Source: Patiriisocius sp.
GTDB taxonomy: Bacteria; Patescibacteriota; Minisyncoccia; Phycocordibacterales; UBA918
Assembly (NCBI GenBank): GCA_047624725.1
Contig: JBLHQB010000001.1
Span: 1 to 53,749 of the forward strand
Length of the DNA stretch: 53,749 nucleotides
Reading direction: 5' to 3'
The notes under the pieces are model-generated. The model had not been told where the DNA came from. It ran no database searches and saw only the letters and a list, made by a program, of their open reading frames with translations. Within the stretch, counting starts at the first letter, position 1. Each line of letters starts with the position of its first letter. A program made the position numbers and the translations under genes. Below, in pieces: positions 48,635 through 53,749 of the stretch.

Positions 48635-49129
48635 ATGCTAGTATTCATTGATATGGCTCGTATGGATGATTCACTTCTTGTAACTGATTTTGATAATAAA
48701 CTCAATGGACCTATTAACTTTATTGAAAATAGATTTCATTATTTGTCACCCTTTTCTGCGCATGAGGTTGTTTTAGCTGGTGTAGTGTATAAAACTGCCG
48801 AACATGCCTACCAGGCATTGCGAATGAAGGCTGAGCATCGTGACCGGATTACGGTGACTACCAGTCCACTGGCTGCATGGCGAGAGGCACAGCATTGCAA
48901 GAAGGAAGGTTTGGTTGATCCAAGGCACGACAAGGATGATTTGATGGAAGAAATTTTTCGAGCCAAACTTGATCAACACCAAGATATCGAAGATGTCCTG
49001 CGAGAATCAGGAGACCGGGAATTACGTAAGGTGTATGACACTGATTATTATTGGGGTACAGGGGCAGATGGATCAGGTGAAAACATGATGGGGAAGCTCT
49101 GGATGAAGTTAAGAGGGGAATTAGAATAA
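48635..49129 (+). CDS. NADAR-family (DUF1768/YbiA-like) protein
   Basis: FHYLSPFSAHEVVLAGVVYKTAEHAYQALRM and DYYWGTGADGSGENMMGKLWMKLR match the NADAR pattern. Confidence 0.72.
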   Translation: MLVFIDMARMDDSLLVTDFDNKLNGPINFIENRFHYLSPFSAHEVVLAGVVYKTAEHAYQALRMKAEHRDRITVTTSPLAAWREAQHCKKEGLVDPRHDKDDLMEEIFRAKLDQHQDIEDVLRESGDRELRKVYDTDYYWGTGADGSGENMMGKLWMKLRGELE

Positions 49130-49210
49130 GTATAATAAAGGGAATTGAGTATACTGATGTAAACATAGCTTTCTATATATGCTGAAGAGTACAAAGATAA
49201 ATTTTGATTC

Positions 49211-49822
49211 ATGTTAACAAAAATCTATAACTTAATATTACCGCTACTGCCTGAGGTGTTTGTGATTTTAACTGCGTTAGGTTTATTTAGTGACTCTGTA
49301 GTTGAAGTGGTGTTTGCGTATACTAGTACGGTGGTAGTCTTGACTATGATGAATATGAGTAATGTGTCCTTTTTGTCAGATTTGAAAGGGACGTTCAAAA
49401 CCAAGGCTTTTTTTGGAATTTGGTCTGTTGTGGTCATGTCGTCTTTGGCGTTCATTTTACCTTTCACTGATGATACTTATAGTACAGTTGTTAATGTAAC
49501 TATTGTGGTAAGTCTGACGTTATTCGCAATGTGGAGACCTAAACATGATGTAACTGCTGAAGATGGTATTGCTAAACAGGGTTTGCACTTCTATTTTTTG
49601 GTCGTGGCGCTGATACTCATAATACCAATAGTGACAATGTCATGGTTTGATTATGAAATTAGGATTATTTTCTTTTTCTCTGGAGTAGTATGTTATCGCT
49701 TGAGTATTGCACTACTTGAGTCGTTTGGTGTGAGGTTGTCCAAAATCGTATCTTGGCACCGGTGGGGCATATGGATGCTACTCATGTTTTCGTTAGCTAC
49801 ACTTGTGGCTATGCACGCGTAG
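49211..49822 (+). CDS. Hypothetical multi-pass membrane protein (203 aa)
   Basis: About 6 hydrophobic segments. No family recognised. Confidence 0.55.
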   Translation: MLTKIYNLILPLLPEVFVILTALGLFSDSVVEVVFAYTSTVVVLTMMNMSNVSFLSDLKGTFKTKAFFGIWSVVVMSSLAFILPFTDDTYSTVVNVTIVVSLTLFAMWRPKHDVTAEDGIAKQGLHFYFLVVALILIIPIVTMSWFDYEIRIIFFFSGVVCYRLSIALLESFGVRLSKIVSWHRWGIWMLLMFSLATLVAMHA

Positions 49823-49876
49823 TTTAATTGCGTTTACAACCAAAAATTATTAATTTTATGATACGATTCTATTACC

Positions 49877-50566
49877 ATGAATTTCCACGTAATTACATTA
49901 TTCCCAGAAGTTTGCCGCGCGTATACAGATGCATCGATTCTGGGTCGCGCTCAAAAAACAGATAAAGGCAAAGGCTCTAAATTTCGAGGCAAGAAGATCT
50001 CGGTGAATTACTATGATCCGCGGGACTATGCGAATAATAAGAATAATAAAGTAGACGATAAGCCGTATGGTGGTGGGCCTGGGATGGTGATGCGAGCGGA
50101 GCCTGTGTTGAAGGCGTGGGACAAGGCTGTAGGACGGAAGAAAGATCAGAAGAAAGTGAAGACGTTGATCATGTCGCCACGAGGGAAGATGTTTGATCAG
50201 AAGATGGCGAAGGATTTGGCCAAGAAATATGATCACGTGGTGCTTATCTCAGGACGCTACGAGGGGATTGATTATCGAGTGAACAAAGCACTTAAGGTGC
50301 AGGAGGTGAGTGTGGGGGAGTATGTTCTCACTGGAGGCGAGCTTCCGGCCCTCACGATCATTGATGCAGTTGCCCGACAAGTGCCTGGAGTACTTGGTAC
50401 GTTTGAATCACTTGAAGACGACCGATCTGATGGAGGTCCTGCCTCAGCTGAGTTTTATACGCGGCCCGCAGAAATTACGTATAAGAAAAAGAAGCTAGCT
50501 GTACCTCCTGTATTCCTCGGGGGTAATCATGCTGAGATTGTTAAATACAGAGCTGAAAAGAAATAA
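49877..50566 (+). CDS. trmD: tRNA (guanine37-N1)-methyltransferase
   Basis: MNFHVITLFPE.., DDKPYGGGPGMVM, SGRYEGIDYRV, GEYVLTGGELPALTIIDAVARQVPGVLG. Confidence 0.9.
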   Translation: MNFHVITLFPEVCRAYTDASILGRAQKTDKGKGSKFRGKKISVNYYDPRDYANNKNNKVDDKPYGGGPGMVMRAEPVLKAWDKAVGRKKDQKKVKTLIMSPRGKMFDQKMAKDLAKKYDHVVLISGRYEGIDYRVNKALKVQEVSVGEYVLTGGELPALTIIDAVARQVPGVLGTFESLEDDRSDGGPASAEFYTRPAEITYKKKKLAVPPVFLGGNHAEIVKYRAEKK

Positions 50567-50573
50567 GAATAAA

Positions 50574-50604
50574 AGAACGCCCCGGATAATGTCCAGGGCG
50601 TTTT
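50574..50604. terminator. Bidirectional terminator between trmD and the convergent 68-aa gene
   Basis: AGAACGCCCcGGA-taatg-TCCaGGGCGTTTT. Confidence 0.7.
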
Positions 50605-50605
50605 C

Positions 50606-50812
50606 TTAGTGTTTCTGGATAATGATCCCAGCGCCAAATTTCTTTGGATCCCTGAGATCTGTGCCAACAGTGGCACTTGGCTCGTTGTTTGCTCCATGGA
50701 ACGTTCGAAGAACTTTTCCGGTCCATTGGGTACCAACAAAATTTTCGACTGTGACTGTGTCACCTATACCAACATCTGCAAATTCAGGGTCCTTGTCGAT
50801 GCCGTATTTCAT
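50606..50812 (-). CDS. Hypothetical small protein (68 aa)
   Basis: Consensus AGGAGG RBS 7 nt upstream of the ATG. Shares the bidirectional terminator. No family recognised with confidence. Confidence 0.6.
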   Translation of the reverse strand: MKYGIDKDPEFADVGIGDTVTVENFVGTQWTGKVLRTFHGANNEPSATVGTDLRDPKKFGAGIIIQKH

Positions 50813-51029
50813 CCTAACCTCCTATAGGATTGTTTATACTGTGGTCTGATTGCTACGGTATCACGCAGTAGGCCGCATTGCAATATACTCCAAAGCCTGT
50901 ATAATAGCGCCCACTAACGCATTTTCTATTCGAGTGAGTCACGGTTGCGACAAGAATAGCGGAGGTTCGGACAATTACACGGGTGGGAGTCTGTGGTCCA
51001 AAAAAAACAACACTTTTCATTAGAAAACC

Positions 51030-51099
51030 AAGGAACGAAGTGACTATGGTTCTCTTATGCGGAGTATATAAAAACAAGGTATGTAATGACTATGTTTTT
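51030..51099 (+). repeat. Two adjacent hairpins displaying the GTAGTGAYTAT-type loop motif
   Basis: AAGGAAC-gaagtgactatg-GTTCTCTT ATGCGGAG.. and AAAAAC-aaggtatgtaatgactat-GTTTTT. ATGCGGAG is also shared with the cargo X long-form insert. Confidence 0.6.
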
Positions 51100-51221
51100 A
51101 ATACGATAGAGTGATGCAATTAGTAATCGTGCAAAAATAAATACGGCTAACAATAAGCGCTTTTGAGCGTCCATTTATTGTTGTTATTTATTGGAGTACA
51201 TAAATTTTCGTACACATATAT

Positions 51222-53749
51222 ATGTATACTAATCCAAAAGCTGACGAGTACACTTCAGTTGGTGCAATGCCACAGAAGCGATTCAAACTTGCCAAAGATC
51301 CTTTGGTGGAGTTGCCGGACTTGATCCAGCCACAGCGTGATTCTTTCACGTGGTTTATTGAGGAAGGTTTGAAGGGAATTTTCAAAGAATTTTCTCCTAT
51401 TACTGACTACTCAGAAAAGAAGTTTGAGTTACAGTTCAAGAAGTACGAACTTGGAAACCCTAAGTGCACACCAGCGCACGCTAAGGCAAACAAGCTTACC
51501 TACGACGCGCCATTACGAGCAACTGTTGTGCTTAAGAACAAGACTTTTGATTCTGCAAAGGATCAGGAGATCTTCTTGGCTGACATCCCAGTAATGACTG
51601 ATCACGGTACATTCATCATCAACGGTGTTGAACGTGTAGTTGTACCTCAGCTTGCACGAAGTTACGGTATCTTCTTTACCTCGCAAGAGCTTAAGGGGAA
51701 GACATACTTCGGAGCGAAGCTTATCCCAGCACGAGGTGCATGGATTGAGATTGAGTCTGAAGCTGATGGAATCATCTACATTAAGATCGACCGAAAGAAG
51801 AAGGTTCCTGTAACCTCGCTTCTTCGTGTACTTGGACTTGAAAAGGAAGAAGACATGATCAAGCTCTTCAGCGACGTTGAACGTGGTGAAGAGTACATCA
51901 AGGCAACACTTGAAAAGGACCCAGCAAAAACTACTGACGACGCCTACATCGAAATCTACAAGCGTCTTCGTGACGGTGACCTAGCGACTGTAGACAACGC
52001 AAAGGAATTTGTGAACTCTATTTTTGCACCTGAACGATACGACCTTTCAGAAATCGGACGTCATCACTTTAACCAGCGATTTGACCGACCTATTGATAAG
52101 AAAGCTACTGACCAGCGAACAATCAATCTTGAAGACTTCCGATTGATCCTTGGTAACATTATGCGACTGAACCATACACCGGGCGCTGTACCTGATGATA
52201 TCGACCACCTCGGATTCCGACGTGTGCGATACTTTGGTGAAATGGCTATCCAGCGAGTACGAGTTGGTATGACTCGTATGAAGCGAAACATTCAGGATCG
52301 AATGTCGACTATTGAAGCAGAAACCTCACTCCCAATGCAGATTCTAAACCCGCGTCCGTTGCAAGCCGCGATTAAGGAATTCTTTACAACAAACCAGCTT
52401 TCACAGTTCATGCCACAGCAAAACGTGCTTGGAGAACTTGAAGGACTACGTACACTTTCAGCGCTTGGTCCTGGTGGACTAACGCGGGAACGTGCAGGGT
52501 TTGAAGTACGTGACGTTCACACATCACACTACGGGCGACTTTGTCCAATCCATACTCCAGAGGGACCAAATATTGGTTTGATTCTTCGTCTGGCAATGTA
52601 CGCTCGGGTAAACCGATTCGGTATTATCGAAACACCATACGTTAAGGTAGAAAAAGGTGTACTTACTGGAGAGATCGTATACTTCAACGCGCACGAAGAA
52701 GAGCAGTACAACATTGCGCATGCTGCGGTTGTAGTAAGCGACAAGGGGAAGATCGAACCTGACTTCTGTGAGGTTCGACGAATGGGTGAGCCGCGACTTG
52801 TTTCAAAGAAAGACGTTGACTACATGGACATCGCGACAAACCAGGCGTTCTCAGTAGCGACATCAATGATTCCGTTTTTGAACCATGATGATGCGAACCG
52901 TACACTTATGGGATCGAACATGCAGAAGCAGGCGACACCTTGTGTGATCCCTGAGGCACCGATTGTAGGAACTGGAATTGAAGGACTCGCAGCACGTGAT
53001 ACAGGACGAGTACTTGTATCCAGGGATGCTGGTGAGGTTATTGAATGTGATGCACGACATATCGTGATCAAGAAAAAGGACGGTAAGAAAGACGACTACG
53101 CACTTACAACTATCCAACGAACAAACGACTTCTCAGCGTTCTACCACCGACCAACAGTGACTGTTGGAGACAAAGTACAACGAGGTGATTTGCTTGCGGA
53201 TACAACATCAACTGACCATGGTCAGATGGCTGTAGGGCAAAATGCACTTGTGGCATTCATGTCATGGAACGGAGCAAACTACGAGGATGCGATTATTATT
53301 TCAGAACGTCTGGTTAAGAAGAGCAAGTTCGCTTCTATCCACCTGGATGAGCTTGATGTGTCTGTACGAGATACTAAGCTAGGGCCTGAAGTTACTACTC
53401 CAGATATCCCTAACGTTTCAGAGATGAAGCTCCGAAACCTTGATGAGAACGGAATTATCCGTGTTGGTGCTGAAGTGCGCCCTGGAGACATTCTTGTAGG
53501 AAAGGTAACACCTAAGGGTGAAGCACAACTTACTCCTGAAGAGCGACTACTACGATCTATCTTTGGTGAAAAAGCTAAGGATGTTAAAGATACCTCACTA
53601 CGACTTGAGGCTGGAAAGCGAGGGCGCGTAATCGGTGTGAAGATCTTCTCACGAGAAAATGGTGATAACCTCGAAAGTGGGGTTATTAAGAAGATTCTTA
53701 TTACTGTGGCTCAGGTACGAAACGTATCTGTGGGAGATAAGCTTGCAGG
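51222..53749 (+). CDS. rpoB: DNA-directed RNA polymerase beta subunit (5' part, runs off the window)
   Basis: Open frame to the window end. ..LPDLIQPQRDSFTWFIEEGL..PVMTDHGTFIINGVERVVVPQL..RDVHTSHYGRLCPIHTPEGPNIGLI. Start at ATG 51222 (or 51267). Confidence 0.92.
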   Translation, partial: MYTNPKADEYTSVGAMPQKRFKLAKDPLVELPDLIQPQRDSFTWFIEEGLKGIFKEFSPITDYSEKKFELQFKKYELGNPKCTPAHAKANKLTYDAPLRATVVLKNKTFDSAKDQEIFLADIPVMTDHGTFIINGVERVVVPQLARSYGIFFTSQELKGKTYFGAKLIPARGAWIEIESEADGIIYIKIDRKKKVPVTSLLRVLGLEKEEDMIKLFSDVERGEEYIKATLEKDPAKTTDDAYIEIYKRLRDGDLATVDNAKEFVNSIFAPERYDLSEIGRHHFNQRFDRPIDKKATDQRTINLEDFRLILGNIMRLNHTPGAVPDDIDHLGFRRVRYFGEMAIQRVRVGMTRMKRNIQDRMSTIEAETSLPMQILNPRPLQAAIKEFFTTNQLSQFMPQQNVLGELEGLRTLSALGPGGLTRERAGFEVRDVHTSHYGRLCPIHTPEGPNIGLILRLAMYARVNRFGIIETPYVKVEKGVLTGEIVYFNAHEEEQYNIAHAAVVVSDKGKIEPDFCEVRRMGEPRLVSKKDVDYMDIATNQAFSVATSMIPFLNHDDANRTLMGSNMQKQATPCVIPEAPIVGTGIEGLAARDTGRVLVSRDAGEVIECDARHIVIKKKDGKKDDYALTTIQRTNDFSAFYHRPTVTVGDKVQRGDLLADTTSTDHGQMAVGQNALVAFMSWNGANYEDAIIISERLVKKSKFASIHLDELDVSVRDTKLGPEVTTPDIPNVSEMKLRNLDENGIIRVGAEVRPGDILVGKVTPKGEAQLTPEERLLRSIFGEKAKDVKDTSLRLEAGKRGRVIGVKIFSRENGDNLESGVIKKILITVAQVRNVSVGDKLA

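Overview
This 53.7-kb chromosomal window looks like a small-genome, Patescibacteria/CPR-like bacterium. That assignment is an inference from gene content: a split transketolase, short PheS/EF-Ts/RF1/ThrRS, orphan type IV pilin-like genes, and a sortase next to a giant Ig-repeat surface protein. The genetic code is standard, with TGA used as a stop. I call about 54 protein genes, mostly housekeeping: rplY, rpmE, prfA, rpsB-tsf, pheST, gyrB, thrS, dnaE, rnhB, rpmF, nusB, rnc, smc, rnr, rpsP-khpA...trmD and the 5' part of rpoB. There is also one tRNA-Thr(UGU) with a degenerate tandem copy, and a T-box leader upstream of thrS. The unusual layer is non-coding: many of the longer intergenic spacers are mosaics of a few recurring structured modules. 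(i) A 31-nt unit, CGTCTTTGCGAG-N8-12-GCAATCCAG, occurs 13 times in both orientations and only between genes. Two inverted copies tightly bracket the only GIY-YIG nuclease gene (21710-22079), a REP/RAYT-like architecture built around a different enzyme class. A gene-less version of the same inverted pair sits in the thrS 5' UTR. (ii) Three units are split by an 80-140-nt cargo whose three hairpins co-vary among four copies, making it a candidate structured RNA or MITE. (iii) There is a family of bulged hairpins of about 37 nt. (iv) There is a terminator-hairpin family whose outer stems are inverted copies of the 3' end of the upstream gene. (v) A conserved CGTAGTGAYTAT loop is displayed on variable stems. 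Other points of interest are a 1078-aa surface protein with a VPYTG motif, a NusB-Nudix fusion, a short hinge-less SMC and a 54-bp perfect palindrome. I saw no CRISPR array, rRNA, transposase, integrase or recognisable defence or toxin-antitoxin genes. All homology calls come from reading motifs by eye; no database search or folding program was run.
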